From NCBI GenBank assembly GCA_026416955.1, contig JAOAEE010000008.1, positions 90,608 to 154,607 of the forward strand: DNA of 64,000 nucleotides, written 5' to 3'. Each line of letters begins with the position of its first letter. Positions within the stretch are counted from its first letter, which is position 1. This DNA comes from Ignavibacteria bacterium. GTDB lineage: Bacteria; Bacteroidota; Ignavibacteria; Kapaibacteriales; UBA2268. The position numbers and the translations under genes are program-made. Below the pieces are notes generated by a model that was given only the letters and a program-made list of their open reading frames with translations, did not search any database and was not told the origin of the DNA. Shown piece by piece: positions 1-10,340 of this stretch.

Positions 1-1059
1 ATTATAGAGGAAATTAAAAGAAGAAATCCCGAACATTTCATTGTTGCAACATTTTTTTCTCCTTCTGGTTACGAGAATCAAAAAAACTATAAGTTTGCCG
101 ATAGTATTCTATATCTTCCTTTTGATTTTTTTTGGAATGTAAAGAAATTTTTGGATAATATTCAACCAGACATTGCTATTTTCATTCGTTATGAATATTG
201 GTTGAATTATTTGTATGAATTGAAAAAAAGAAGAGTTCCTACTTTTTTAGTGTCAGCAACTCAACCATATCGAAATATTTCTTGGTTTTACAAGTTGTTC
301 TTGAAAAGGTGCTTGAATTATTTTACCAAAATATTTGTAATGGATGAAAAAGATATTACTTTTTTTCAAAAAATGAGATTAGATGTTCCTTTAAGTTTAG
401 AATACGATACAAGATTTGATAGAGTTTATTTTAACATTCAAAATCTTAATAATCCAATTTTACATAAGGAAATCTTTGAAGGTGAATTAATAATCGTTGC
501 TGGTAGTATTTGGGAAAAGGATGCTGAACTAATTATATCCACGAAAGAGATGTTGAAAGATAGGGTAAATTTGAAAATTATATATGTCCCTCACGAACCA
601 ACAGGAAAGATAATTGACTTTATTGAAAATAATGATAAAAATATTGTTCGATTTTCGAACCTTTTGCATTTTGAGGAAAATAAACGAATGTCTTTAATAA
701 AGGGTTCCAACATTCTTGTTGATAGAATTGGTTATTTACTTGCTTTATATTCTATTGCAGATATTGCGTATGTTGGAGGAGGCTTTGGGCGTGGCGTTCA
801 TAGTGTTATTGAACCAGCAGGTTACTTTATACCAATTGTCTGTGGAGGAAATGTTTCAAATTCTATTGATGCAATTAACTTAAAAAATCTGGGTGGACTT
901 TTTCTAGTTCAAAATGAAAAAGAATTTGTTGATACAATTAATTACTTGTTTGATAAAAAAAACTATACCAAGGTTAGCAACATAGTAAAAAATTATTTTC
1001 TTCCTCGGATTGGTTCCTCTAAACGAATAGTTGATATTTTATATAAATATATTAATTAA
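1..1059 (+). CDS. waaA: 3-deoxy-D-manno-octulosonic acid (Kdo) transferase, 5'-partial (gene starts upstream of window)
   Basis: Frame 1 is open from nt 1 into ORF 151..1059. The translated N-terminal part (IIEEIKRRNPEHFIVATFFSPSGYE...YLPFDFFWNVKKFLDNIQPDIAIF...WLNYLYELKKRRVPTFLVSA) aligns motif-by-motif with E. coli WaaA (YPDLPILVTTMTPTGSE...YLPYD...W.N...K.IP). The remainder is a C-terminal GT-B fold. Confidence 0.85.
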   Translation: MIEEIKRRNPEHFIVATFFSPSGYENQKNYKFADSILYLPFDFFWNVKKFLDNIQPDIAIFIRYEYWLNYLYELKKRRVPTFLVSATQPYRNISWFYKLFLKRCLNYFTKIFVMDEKDITFFQKMRLDVPLSLEYDTRFDRVYFNIQNLNNPILHKEIFEGELIIVAGSIWEKDAELIISTKEMLKDRVNLKIIYVPHEPTGKIIDFIENNDKNIVRFSNLLHFEENKRMSLIKGSNILVDRIGYLLALYSIADIAYVGGGFGRGVHSVIEPAGYFIPIVCGGNVSNSIDAINLKNLGGLFLVQNEKEFVDTINYLFDKKNYTKVSNIVKNYFLPRIGSSKRIVDILYKYIN

Positions 1060-1931
1060 ATAGAGGAAATTATTTTTAAAAATTCACTTGATTTTTTGAA
1101 ATCTTCTTCCAATTCGAACGTAAACTTTTCAAGGTCTAATTCATTAAGTTCTGGGAATCTTTCCTTTAAAATTTTCCAAGAGGGTTGCTCTTCGAAATTA
1201 ATTATTTGGTAACCTTCGAAGAAATCAGCACCCCACATCTCGCATAATAAATCTGAAAATCTTATTATTGCAGAAAGTTCAATATCTTCTTTCAATCTTG
1301 TTAACTTCGAATGGTAGCCAATTACGTTGACTATCGGAAGAGGCAATTTCCATTTCTGAGCAACGAAAGAACCAACTTCAAGGTGGTCAACTCCAAAAAT
1401 TCTCTTCTCTGCTTCGGTATCAAGAACACCTTCGTTGGTAACAATTTCTAAGACTTTTACGTAATCTGCTAATTTGTATTGAAGTAAAATTAGTTTACCA
1501 AAGTCGTGCAAAAGACCTCCAATAAATTCAAACTCCTTGTAATTTTTCCCAATTTTATTCGATAAAGTTTTCGAAACAATACCAACGGAGGCAGAGTGCC
1601 ACCAAAATTTTTCCATCAATTGTCTTGTATGATGTTGGCTGTGCAGCATAAAACGGGAGAAAATCGAGACCCCAATAACGATATTAGCTAATCTGTTTAG
1701 ACCGATAGTAATGATTGCTTGCGAAATAGATGCAACTGGTGTTCGAAGCCCATAAATAGCAGAGTTGGCAACTTTCAGAACTTTTGCAGTTAAGGATGCA
1801 TCGGTTTCTATTGTATGAGCTACATTTCTTATATCTACATTGTTGTCCTCAATTTGTTGTAGAATTTTTGTTGTTACAGTTGGCAAAGTTGCTAACTCTT
1901 GAATTTCAAGTAGTTTTTCTAAAACAAGCAT
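1056..1931 (-). CDS. HDOD (HD-related output domain) signalling protein
   Basis: 291 aa. Carries the HDOD signature (DASLTAKVLKVANSAIYGL...ISQAIITIGLNRL...GGLLHDFGKLIL). Its stop overlaps the waaA stop (TTAA shared). Confidence 0.7.
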   Translation of the reverse strand: MLVLEKLLEIQELATLPTVTTKILQQIEDNNVDIRNVAHTIETDASLTAKVLKVANSAIYGLRTPVASISQAIITIGLNRLANIVIGVSIFSRFMLHSQHHTRQLMEKFWWHSASVGIVSKTLSNKIGKNYKEFEFIGGLLHDFGKLILLQYKLADYVKVLEIVTNEGVLDTEAEKRIFGVDHLEVGSFVAQKWKLPLPIVNVIGYHSKLTRLKEDIELSAIIRFSDLLCEMWGADFFEGYQIINFEEQPSWKILKERFPELNELDLEKFTFELEEDFKKSSEFLKIISSI

Positions 1932-1942
1932 AAAATAATTTG

Positions 1943-4900
1943 CTACTCAGTTTTTATAAAACTTTTTATATAATATTTACCTTCAATTTCAAAAATAATA
2001 AAGAAAATTCCTTTTTCCAAATTTGTCAAATTAAGTCGCAAAGGCTCAGTAAAGTTTTCAATCTTATTAAGTTGTAGTATTGTTTTTCCAAGAATATTGG
2101 TTACTTTTATTGTTACTTTATTTATACTTTCGGGCAAAGTTATGTATACTGTACCATTACTAGGATTGGGGAAAATTGAAATCTTTTCGACAAATTCATT
2201 GTCTACGAATTGAGGCGCATTTTTGGTTGTGAATTTCCAAGTGGGAGACCAGTCGCCATACAATTGTTGGACTTTGCCCCGAACTTTCCAATAGTAAGTG
2301 GTTGAATATGATAAACTTTGTACAAGCAGTTGAGTTGTTGTTAATTGGTCGTTAGAGAAAATAATATCTTGGGAGAAATTTGGGTCTTTTGACAAAAGAA
2401 ATTCGTAATATTCTGCACCTTCAAGTGGTTCCCATTGAAATGTAAGGAATAATGGCATATTAGTTGTGTCGTTAGGGGGATAAATAAGAGTAACTTGTCC
2501 AATGGAAGTAGAGAACGAGAAAGTCTCGCTCCACAAGCCAATATAGTTATTTGCAATGTATCTAACTCTCCAATAATACTTTGCATTTGGTTCCAGAGAA
2601 CTGATTTTTAAAGAGGGTTTAGTTAATGTAGAGTCTTCAAAAACAATTTGTTTGAAGTTTTTGTCTTTGGCAATTTGAATGTGGTGGTAACTTGCCTTTT
2701 CGAAATTTTCCCACTGGAAAACAATGGGAAGTTTCAAACTTTTGCTATCGTTAGCTGGAGCAATAAGAGTGGGTGCTTTAATGATAGTAATAAACCACCA
2801 GGCTTCAGACCAATCTGTGGGTCCGAATTCATCGGAAGCCCTAATTCTCCAGTAATATTTAGTAAAGTATTCCAATAATTTTGGTTCGAAATAGTCGCTT
2901 GCTTGCGAAATTCCGTCGAAAAATTTGTTTTCGAAATTTTCATCTAACGCTATTTGTACTTCATATGTCGAGGCTCCATTCGATGGCGACCACTCCAATT
3001 TTGTTGAAATTGGTACACCGTAAGTAGTGTTTGGTGGTAGCCTAAGTTTTACAGGTTGTACTTTAGTCCTAAATCTCCATACTTCGGACCAAGATGATTG
3101 AGCGCTTCCTACTTTTGCCGAAACTCTCCAGTAGTAATCGGTAGCGAATTCAAAGTTTACATTATGGGTATAAGTTGTATCGGATATTTTGTTAAGTGTT
3201 TTTTCAAATAAGACATTGTTAAAATTGGGTGATTTCGAAACTTGTAGGATATAGCCAGTTGCATCTTTTACTTTCGACCAAACAAAAGTTGGGCGAAGCG
3301 AAAGAGCGCCTTGGTTATTTTTTGGGGAAATTAATGTAGGTGGTTCAACAATTGTTGTAAATGCAAAGGCTGGGGACCATCTTCCAAGAGCGTTGTTTAA
3401 TTTGGCTCTAACTCTCCAAAAGTATAAAGTATTGTAAGTTAATGGATAGTAGTTTTGACGTGAAGTATCCCTTAGGATAATTCTTTCTTTAACGGTGTTA
3501 AAGTCCATTTCGTCGGAAAGTTCCATTTCGAAAATGTCCCCGTGTGCAATGTTGTTCCACAGAAATGTTGGTGAAAGTTCTACACCTAAAGCATTATTTT
3601 TGGGTTCAAGTAAGTTAGGAATCGAAAGTGCATAAGGGTCGATTGCACGATAGATGTTTGTACCAGTGACTAACCAAATGTACCCATTTTTGTCGGATTT
3701 AATAAACAATATGTTTTCTTTTAGGTGTCCCAATTTAATAGAAGTTGAATCCCAAGTAACCCCATTGTTTATAGTTGTTTGCATTTCCCCAAAGTAAGTT
3801 GTAAAAATTATTTGGTCGTAAACTGTTGCAGTCAAAGACCTAATGTATTGATAAAGCCCACTGACACCTTTTGTGGACCAAGAACCACCATCGTTTGTTG
3901 AGCGAAGAATTGCAAAATCTCCTGCAACAAAGACTGTACCGTTTCGAGTAAAAGCGATATCGCGATAGTTATTCGCAGATTTATTAATAGCAATTGACCA
4001 AGTATTACCATTATTAGTTGATTTGATTACACTATCGGTTAAAGAAACAAAAAGTGTACCGGTGTAGTTAAACCCAATTGCACAAATTCCTTGAACCGAT
4101 AAAGAACGAACTCCAAGAGAATTCCAAGTTGTTCCACCATCAGTGGAACGAAGTAAGTCGTTCCTAGGGGAAGCAGGGTCGCGTGGGTTTGCTGGTTGAA
4201 AACTAATCGCAACGAAATAGATATTATTTTTGTTTGCAAATACACCGAACAATGTATCATTTTTAGCAAGTACAGTATCCCAATTTTCACCTAAATCAGT
4301 AGAAACAAGAAGATAGCCCCGTGGGGACCCAAGGGATTTTGCTGTAGCGAACAATCGATTGGACGAGTCGTTATAAAAAGCTGTAATAGCAAATTGTGGT
4401 GTGTTCAATTCATTCCAGCTCAAACCAAGGTTGGTACTTTTATATGATTTATTATTGTTTAAAGCAACAAATAGGACATTGTTAAATGAATGAAAAGCAA
4501 TTATGTAATTATTTGGGGAACGGATAGCCTCCCAATTTGCTCCACCATTTGTACTTTTGTAAAGAGCACCGTCTATTGTTGCTGCGAAAAGAATACCTTG
4601 TCTACTTCGACCCATTGCAATAATACCTACATCTCGCAAATTTGTAAGTCGCCAATCTTCGTAAGCCCTGGAATCGTATCTTAGAACTCCGATTCTATCG
4701 GTACCAGCAATTGGTTCGGCATTATTATAGTATGTAACAGCAGTTACGTTTTTAAGTGTATCATTCCTTTTAAATACTGCCCAAGTTAGCCCGTGGTCTG
4801 CGGAGGAAAAAACCCCACCTTGGTAAGTACCACAAAAAATTTCGCCAAGACCACTTTTGGCAAAAGAAGTGATAACTTTGAAATTATTTCCATATCCACT

Positions 4901-5509
4901 TCTGCGCCAGTTAATACCACCGTCATCAGAGTAGTATATTCCATCCCCGTTTGTGCCAATAACAATTGAACCGTTGTCTCCGATAGTGATACAATTAACG
5001 TCATAGTTCCATAGTCCTTTTGTCAATCGAATTTTTGTTGCACCACGGTTGGTGATTTTGTAAACACCATACCCTTCAATTGCGGCATAGCAAATGTCTG
5101 GGTACTTTATTTTTAATGCTTTGACTTTTAGACTTGGAAGTCCATTATTTATAGGGGACCATAAAGCACCATTGTTGGTCGAAATAAAAATTCCGCCTCC
5201 ATAAGTAGAAGCGTAAAGAATTCCATTTGAGTCTCTTTCAATAGCAGTAATGTACTTATTAGTTAAGCCATTGTTCATTTCGGTCCAATTTTGCCCAAGA
5301 TTTAGAGAGCGGAAAATCCCTTCTCCCCATATTCCAATATACATTACGTCGCTACTGTCGAATGTGATTACACGAATATGGGATGGGTTAGGAACTGGAA
5401 TCGTATTCCACATAGGAGCCAAACTATCGCGGGAAGGTTGAGAATATGAAGAAAAAACTGTTGAAAGAAAGATAAATAAAAAAAGATATGGTATAATTTT
5501 TGCTCTCAT
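1943..5509 (-). CDS. large secreted T9SS cargo protein: Asp-box/BNR-like beta-propeller repeats, about 6 FN3-like domains, T9SS C-terminal sorting domain
   Basis: 1188 aa with an N-terminal signal peptide (MRAKIIPYLFLFIFLSTVFSSYSQ). Has more than 10 S-x-D/N-x-G-x-T/N-W repeats (STNNGALWSPI, SDDGGINWRRSG, STDGGTTWNSLG, STDLGENWDTV...) and six Y-[YF]-W-[RK]-V-[RS] FN3-type motifs (YFWRVRAK, YYWRVSAK, YYWRIRAS, YYWRVRYI, YYWKVRGK). The C-terminus is Por-secretion CTD-like (IFPNPSNGTVYITL...GIFFIIFEIEGKYYIKSFIK). Confidence 0.65.
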   Translation of the reverse strand: MRAKIIPYLFLFIFLSTVFSSYSQPSRDSLAPMWNTIPVPNPSHIRVITFDSSDVMYIGIWGEGIFRSLNLGQNWTEMNNGLTNKYITAIERDSNGILYASTYGGGIFISTNNGALWSPINNGLPSLKVKALKIKYPDICYAAIEGYGVYKITNRGATKIRLTKGLWNYDVNCITIGDNGSIVIGTNGDGIYYSDDGGINWRRSGYGNNFKVITSFAKSGLGEIFCGTYQGGVFSSADHGLTWAVFKRNDTLKNVTAVTYYNNAEPIAGTDRIGVLRYDSRAYEDWRLTNLRDVGIIAMGRSRQGILFAATIDGALYKSTNGGANWEAIRSPNNYIIAFHSFNNVLFVALNNNKSYKSTNLGLSWNELNTPQFAITAFYNDSSNRLFATAKSLGSPRGYLLVSTDLGENWDTVLAKNDTLFGVFANKNNIYFVAISFQPANPRDPASPRNDLLRSTDGGTTWNSLGVRSLSVQGICAIGFNYTGTLFVSLTDSVIKSTNNGNTWSIAINKSANNYRDIAFTRNGTVFVAGDFAILRSTNDGGSWSTKGVSGLYQYIRSLTATVYDQIIFTTYFGEMQTTINNGVTWDSTSIKLGHLKENILFIKSDKNGYIWLVTGTNIYRAIDPYALSIPNLLEPKNNALGVELSPTFLWNNIAHGDIFEMELSDEMDFNTVKERIILRDTSRQNYYPLTYNTLYFWRVRAKLNNALGRWSPAFAFTTIVEPPTLISPKNNQGALSLRPTFVWSKVKDATGYILQVSKSPNFNNVLFEKTLNKISDTTYTHNVNFEFATDYYWRVSAKVGSAQSSWSEVWRFRTKVQPVKLRLPPNTTYGVPISTKLEWSPSNGASTYEVQIALDENFENKFFDGISQASDYFEPKLLEYFTKYYWRIRASDEFGPTDWSEAWWFITIIKAPTLIAPANDSKSLKLPIVFQWENFEKASYHHIQIAKDKNFKQIVFEDSTLTKPSLKISSLEPNAKYYWRVRYIANNYIGLWSETFSFSTSIGQVTLIYPPNDTTNMPLFLTFQWEPLEGAEYYEFLLSKDPNFSQDIIFSNDQLTTTQLLVQSLSYSTTYYWKVRGKVQQLYGDWSPTWKFTTKNAPQFVDNEFVEKISIFPNPSNGTVYITLPESINKVTIKVTNILGKTILQLNKIENFTEPLRLNLTNLEKGIFFIIFEIEGKYYIKSFIKTE

Positions 5510-5584
5510 TTTTTTGCTTTCAATTGTTTTACTTAAATTTACAATATAAATTAATTATTTTTTTAAAAACATTAAGCATTTAAT

Positions 5585-7732
5585 ATGAAGGAAAAAGATA
5601 TTTTAGTTAAGAAAAACGGAAAACCAGTAAAATCTAAAATAAAAACAATGTTTTTCAATCGTGAACTTAGTTTTTTGGAATTCAATAAAAGAGTTCTTTA
5701 CGAAGCTAGAGACAAAAATCATCCACTGCTCGAAAGACTGAAATTTCTTAGTATTTTTAGTTCAAACCTCGATGAGTTTTTTATGATTCGAGTTGCAGGT
5801 TTGAAAAGGCAAGTTGAATCTGGAGTTGTCGAATTATCAATGGACGGATTAACACCAAAAGAGCAACTTGATGAGATTAGAAAAAAAGTTGTCGAACTTT
5901 ATCAATTGCAAGAAGACATATATTTTCACGAAATATTACCAGAGTTGAAAAGCGTAGGTATTTTTATTCACAATTACAAAGATTTAACAGATGATGATAA
6001 AGATTTCCTTAGAGAATATTTTTGCAAGGAAGTTCTTCCTTTGCTTACTCCAAGAATTCTTGACCAAGCCCACCCATTTCCAAATTTAATAAATCGTGCT
6101 TTGAACATTATTTTTGTTTTGAAAGACAAAACTGTAGATAGTTCTCCTTTATTGAAAAACTTTGTTCAATTATCCGATAAGATAAATCGTTTTGTCCAAC
6201 TTCCCTCGAAAGTTCCGAACGAATATCATTTCGTTCTTATCGAGCAGGTAATCAAAGCAAACAAAGATTTACTCTTCCCGGGTTACGAAGTAATATCGGC
6301 AAATACCTTTCGTGTTACAAGAGATGCAGATATTGATATTGCTGAAGACGAGGCTGAAGATCTTCTTAGTGCAATTTCTGAACAAGTTAAACTTCGTCAT
6401 TGGGGAACTGCTGTAGTTCGCCTTGAAGTAAGTAGAAAAATGGATGATAATGTCTTGAATTTTTTAAAAGAAAATTTAAAAATAACAGATGATGACATAT
6501 ATAAACACTCGAGACCTTTAAATATGCCCGATTTTATGAGACTATTATCAATAGATAGGCGTGATTTGAAAGATATTCCTTTTCAAACTCGAATCCCACC
6601 TGAACTTTCTATTCCACACAAAAGTATTTTTGAATGCATTTCGAGTTCCGATATTCTTGTTCATCATCCTTTTGACTCTTTTACTAATAGTGTTCTTAGA
6701 TTTATTCGTAGTGCTGCCGATGACCCCGATGTAATATCAATCAAAATAACTTTGTATAGGGTAGGTAAAAATGCCCCGATTGTTGATGCTTTAATGAGAG
6801 CAGCCGAAAATGGGAAAGATGTAGTTGCTTTTGTTGAATTAAAGGCTCGATTTGATGAAGAAAGTAATATTGGTTGGGCAAAGGAATTGGAGGCCAAAGG
6901 TGTAAATGTTATCTATGGTGTGGTTGGTTTCAAAACACATTGTAAAGTGGCGTTAATTATTCGTAAAGAAGGGAATAAATTAAAAAAATACATACATTTA
7001 AGCACAGGAAATTATAATGCAGTTACTGCTAGAATTTATACAGATATCGGTTTGTTTACATCTAATGAAGATTTTGCTTGGGATGCAATACATTTGTTTA
7101 ATATGCTAACTGGTTATTCCAAATATTCCGAATGGAGGAAATTTATTGTTGCTCCTGTACATTTAAAACAGAAGATAATTGAATTAATTAGAAGAGAAGC
7201 AGAATATTCGACACCCGATAATCCCGGTTTAATTTTTGCAAAGATGAATTCCTTAGCACACGACGAGGTTATTAAGGAGCTTTATAAAGCCTCGCAAAAA
7301 TATGTTCAAATTAAGTTGCTTGTTCGTGGTATTTGTTGTTTAGTTCCTGGTGTTAAAGGTGTAAGCGAAAATATTGAAGTTAGGAGCATTTTAGGCCGAT
7401 TTCTTGAGCACAGTCGTATTTTTTACTTCAAAAACAATGGAAACCCAGAAGTCTACTTATCGAGTGCAGACTGGATGACAAGAAATCTTCACAGAAGAAT
7501 TGAACTTATGTATCCAATTGAAGACGAAAAAATCAAAGCTCAACTAATAGAGCTTCTTGAGTTGTATTGGGGAGATAATATTAAATCTTGGAAATTGCTA
7601 CCAAATGGAGAATACGAAAAACTTGTTCCTTTACCAAACCAGGAACCTTTTTCAGTTCAAAAATATTTACTTGATACTTTGGAAAAAGAAAGAAAGACCA
7701 CAAAATTTAGAATATTTGCCATTCCAAAATAA
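5585..7732 (+). CDS. ppk: polyphosphate kinase 1
   Basis: 715 aa. PPK1 N-terminal signature (FFNRELSFLEFNKRVLYEA...LKFLSIFSSNLDEFFMIRVAGL) and C-terminal PLD-like domains with the HxK region. Confidence 0.9.
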   Translation: MKEKDILVKKNGKPVKSKIKTMFFNRELSFLEFNKRVLYEARDKNHPLLERLKFLSIFSSNLDEFFMIRVAGLKRQVESGVVELSMDGLTPKEQLDEIRKKVVELYQLQEDIYFHEILPELKSVGIFIHNYKDLTDDDKDFLREYFCKEVLPLLTPRILDQAHPFPNLINRALNIIFVLKDKTVDSSPLLKNFVQLSDKINRFVQLPSKVPNEYHFVLIEQVIKANKDLLFPGYEVISANTFRVTRDADIDIAEDEAEDLLSAISEQVKLRHWGTAVVRLEVSRKMDDNVLNFLKENLKITDDDIYKHSRPLNMPDFMRLLSIDRRDLKDIPFQTRIPPELSIPHKSIFECISSSDILVHHPFDSFTNSVLRFIRSAADDPDVISIKITLYRVGKNAPIVDALMRAAENGKDVVAFVELKARFDEESNIGWAKELEAKGVNVIYGVVGFKTHCKVALIIRKEGNKLKKYIHLSTGNYNAVTARIYTDIGLFTSNEDFAWDAIHLFNMLTGYSKYSEWRKFIVAPVHLKQKIIELIRREAEYSTPDNPGLIFAKMNSLAHDEVIKELYKASQKYVQIKLLVRGICCLVPGVKGVSENIEVRSILGRFLEHSRIFYFKNNGNPEVYLSSADWMTRNLHRRIELMYPIEDEKIKAQLIELLELYWGDNIKSWKLLPNGEYEKLVPLPNQEPFSVQKYLLDTLEKERKTTKFRIFAIPK

Positions 7733-7741
7733 TGATGTTAT

Positions 7742-8860
7742 ATGAATCCCACCACGATTTTTATCATTGCCGGTGAAAATTCCGGAGACCTTCATGCTTC
7801 TAAGTTGATGAAAGAACTTAAAAGAATGAAAAGTGATATACAATTTATTGGTATCGGTGGAAAAAGGATGGTTGATGAGGGTTTGAATTGTATTTACCCT
7901 TTAGATAAAATTTCTGTTGTTGGCTTTACCGAGGTAGTCAAAAACATTAGTAAGATCAAAAAGGCTTTCGACAAATGCAAGGAAACTTTAAGGAGTAACT
8001 TCGTTGATTTAGTTGTGCTTGTAGATTTTCCGGGTTTTAATTTGCGAGTTGCTGAATCTGCTAAGAGGCTTGGTTTGCCAGTTTGTTACTATATTGCACC
8101 TCAGTTGTGGGCTTGGGGTACACATAGAATTGAGAAATTGAAGAAATTTGTAGATCTACTCTTGGTAGTTTTCCCTTTTGAAGAGAAATTTTTTTCCACT
8201 TATATTGACAGAGTTGTATTTGTAGGACACCCTTTACTTGATGAACCAATGTTCCAGGACAACTTTCCGGACTTTGAAGAACGAGAAGATGCGATTGCAT
8301 TACTCCCTGGTTCTAGGAAGACCGAACTATTTCACCATCAGAAATTAATTTATGAACTTGTCGCAATACTAAAGAAAAAATTACCCAATTATAAGATAAA
8401 AATTCCAGTTACTAATATATATGAAATTGAAACAATAAAAAAAATATTAGGTTTATATTCAAATGAAGTTGAAATAAGTTTGAATTCCTACGAAATTTTA
8501 AAGCACAGTAAAGTTGGTATTATTAAATCTGGGACATCGAATCTCGAGGCTGCACTTTTAGGATTGCCATTTGTAATGTTTTACAAAACTTCAATCCCAA
8601 CATACTTAATTGCGAAATTGCTTATTAAAATAGAATATTTATCGATTGTCAATATTCTTTTGAGTGGAAGGTATGTGCCAGAGTTTATTCAAAAAGAAGC
8701 TTCTGCTGAAAAGATTATTAAGGCAATGTTAGAAATGCTTACAAACCGTGAAATTTATTTGGAAATCCAAAATAAGTTTCGAGAAATTAAGAACATTATT
8801 GGTGGTAGCGGTGCTTCCAAAAGAACAGCACAAGAAATATGTAATCGTTTTAGAATTTAA
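7742..8860 (+). CDS. lpxB: lipid-A-disaccharide synthase
   Basis: 372 aa. N-terminus IFIIAGENSGDLHASKLMKEL is typical of LpxB. The length fits, and the gene sits directly downstream of ppk. Confidence 0.85.
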   Translation: MNPTTIFIIAGENSGDLHASKLMKELKRMKSDIQFIGIGGKRMVDEGLNCIYPLDKISVVGFTEVVKNISKIKKAFDKCKETLRSNFVDLVVLVDFPGFNLRVAESAKRLGLPVCYYIAPQLWAWGTHRIEKLKKFVDLLLVVFPFEEKFFSTYIDRVVFVGHPLLDEPMFQDNFPDFEEREDAIALLPGSRKTELFHHQKLIYELVAILKKKLPNYKIKIPVTNIYEIETIKKILGLYSNEVEISLNSYEILKHSKVGIIKSGTSNLEAALLGLPFVMFYKTSIPTYLIAKLLIKIEYLSIVNILLSGRYVPEFIQKEASAEKIIKAMLEMLTNREIYLEIQNKFREIKNIIGGSGASKRTAQEICNRFRI

Positions 8861-8915
8861 TTTAAGCAAAATTTTTAGTTAGCTTAATCGTTACTTTTCT
8901 TTTCACAATTGAGGG

Positions 8916-9479
8916 ATGCATATGGCAGCAACTGAATCCAAAATGATACCATTAGGCACAGAAGCACCAAATTTCAAATTAAAGGATGTAGTTTCTGGAA
9001 AGGTCTATTCTTTAGATGATTTCCGAAATGGCAAACCTTTACTTGTTATGTTTATTTGCAACCATTGTCCATATGTGATGCACATCATAGAGAAATTGGT
9101 GGAAATAACCAGAATGTACATCCAAAAGGGAGTGAATGTAGTAGCTATCAATCCTAACGACTATGACAAATATCCAGAAGACAGTCCGGAGAAAATGGTT
9201 GAGTATGCAAATAGATTCAATTATCCTTTTCCTTATCTTTTGGATGAAACTCAAGAAACAGCAAAAGAATTTGGAGCAACCTGTACCCCAGATTTCTTTC
9301 TTTTCGATAAACATTTGAAACTTATTTACCGCGGTCAGTTTGATGATTCCCGCCCGGGGAACAACCTTCCTGTCAATGGTGAAGATTTATCCAAAGCATT
9401 AGAATTTGCCCTTTTAGATAAAGAAATTGATTTTTTACAAAAACCTTCTGTTGGATGTAGTATTAAGTGGAAAAAATAA
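8916..9479 (+). CDS. thioredoxin-fold redoxin (AhpC/TSA / thiol-disulfide oxidoreductase-like)
   Basis: 187 aa with a CxxC-like motif, FICNHCPYV, in a redoxin context (PLGTEAPNFKLKDVVSGKVYSLDDFRNGKPLLVMF). Confidence 0.6.
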   Translation: MHMAATESKMIPLGTEAPNFKLKDVVSGKVYSLDDFRNGKPLLVMFICNHCPYVMHIIEKLVEITRMYIQKGVNVVAINPNDYDKYPEDSPEKMVEYANRFNYPFPYLLDETQETAKEFGATCTPDFFLFDKHLKLIYRGQFDDSRPGNNLPVNGEDLSKALEFALLDKEIDFLQKPSVGCSIKWKK

Positions 9480-9488
9480 TTTATTGGT

Positions 9489-10340
9489 TTGAAAATGAAT
9501 AACAAAAATCTATTAATAAGGACGTTAGATACTGGAATTTTTGGGCTTGATGGCGGTTCTATGTTTGGCGTTGTTCCTAAGGTATTATGGACAAAAGCAT
9601 ATAGTGAACCCGATGAGGAGAATAGAATTCCATTAGCTGCTAGACCCTTGCTAATACAATACGATACTAAAACTATTTTAGTCGATACGGGAAATGGTGC
9701 AAAATTTAATGAAAAAATGCAAAAAATTTATAAAATTGACTTGAATAAATCCAATATTCTCAATGCATTAAATTCTATTGGTTTACAAAAGGAAGATATC
9801 ACTGATGTTATTTTAACTCATCTACATTTTGACCATTGTGGGGGTTCTACATCAATGGTTGATGGTAATATTGTTCCAACATTTCCTAACGCAATATATC
9901 ATATTCAGTTGGAACAATGGGAATGGGCGCTCAAACCAACCGAAAAAGATACTGCTTCGTTTATTCCTAATGACTTTCTTCCATTGAATGAGCATAAGGT
10001 AATAAAATTTCTAGATGGAAATTTTAAGTTTAATGATTTCATAGAACTTATTACGTTTTTTGGGCATACTCCTGCTATGCAAGGTGTTAAAGTTAATCTT
10101 AACGGCCAAATTTATTTTTATCCAGCTGATTTGTTTCCAACTTCTGCACATCTGAATCTACCATACATTTTGGCTTACGATAACTATCCATTAACCACCT
10201 TGAAGGAAAAGAAGGAAATTTTAGAAAAAATTATTGAAGAAGATTGGATAGTTATTTTTGAACACGATGCATTTGTTAAAGCTGGAAAAATTGGTTACGA
10301 AAAAGGAAAATACTTCGTTAGAGAAAAGATTGATTTATGA
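9489..10340 (+). CDS. MBL-fold metallo-hydrolase
   Basis: 283 aa with the metallo-beta-lactamase motif ILTHLHFDHCGG. Its stop overlaps the next start (ATGA). Confidence 0.65.
   Translation: MKMNNKNLLIRTLDTGIFGLDGGSMFGVVPKVLWTKAYSEPDEENRIPLAARPLLIQYDTKTILVDTGNGAKFNEKMQKIYKIDLNKSNILNALNSIGLQKEDITDVILTHLHFDHCGGSTSMVDGNIVPTFPNAIYHIQLEQWEWALKPTEKDTASFIPNDFLPLNEHKVIKFLDGNFKFNDFIELITFFGHTPAMQGVKVNLNGQIYFYPADLFPTSAHLNLPYILAYDNYPLTTLKEKKEILEKIIEEDWIVIFEHDAFVKAGKIGYEKGKYFVREKIDL

Noticed and set aside
2341-5441. Small ORFs (2341-2586, 2648-2878, 2734-2943, 4039-4290, 4490-4684, 4786-5004, 5250-5441) inside the 1188-aa gene
   Set aside because: They are fully embedded in, or antisense to, a long ORF with strong domain evidence. 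They are low-complexity translations typical of shadow ORFs in AT-rich DNA.
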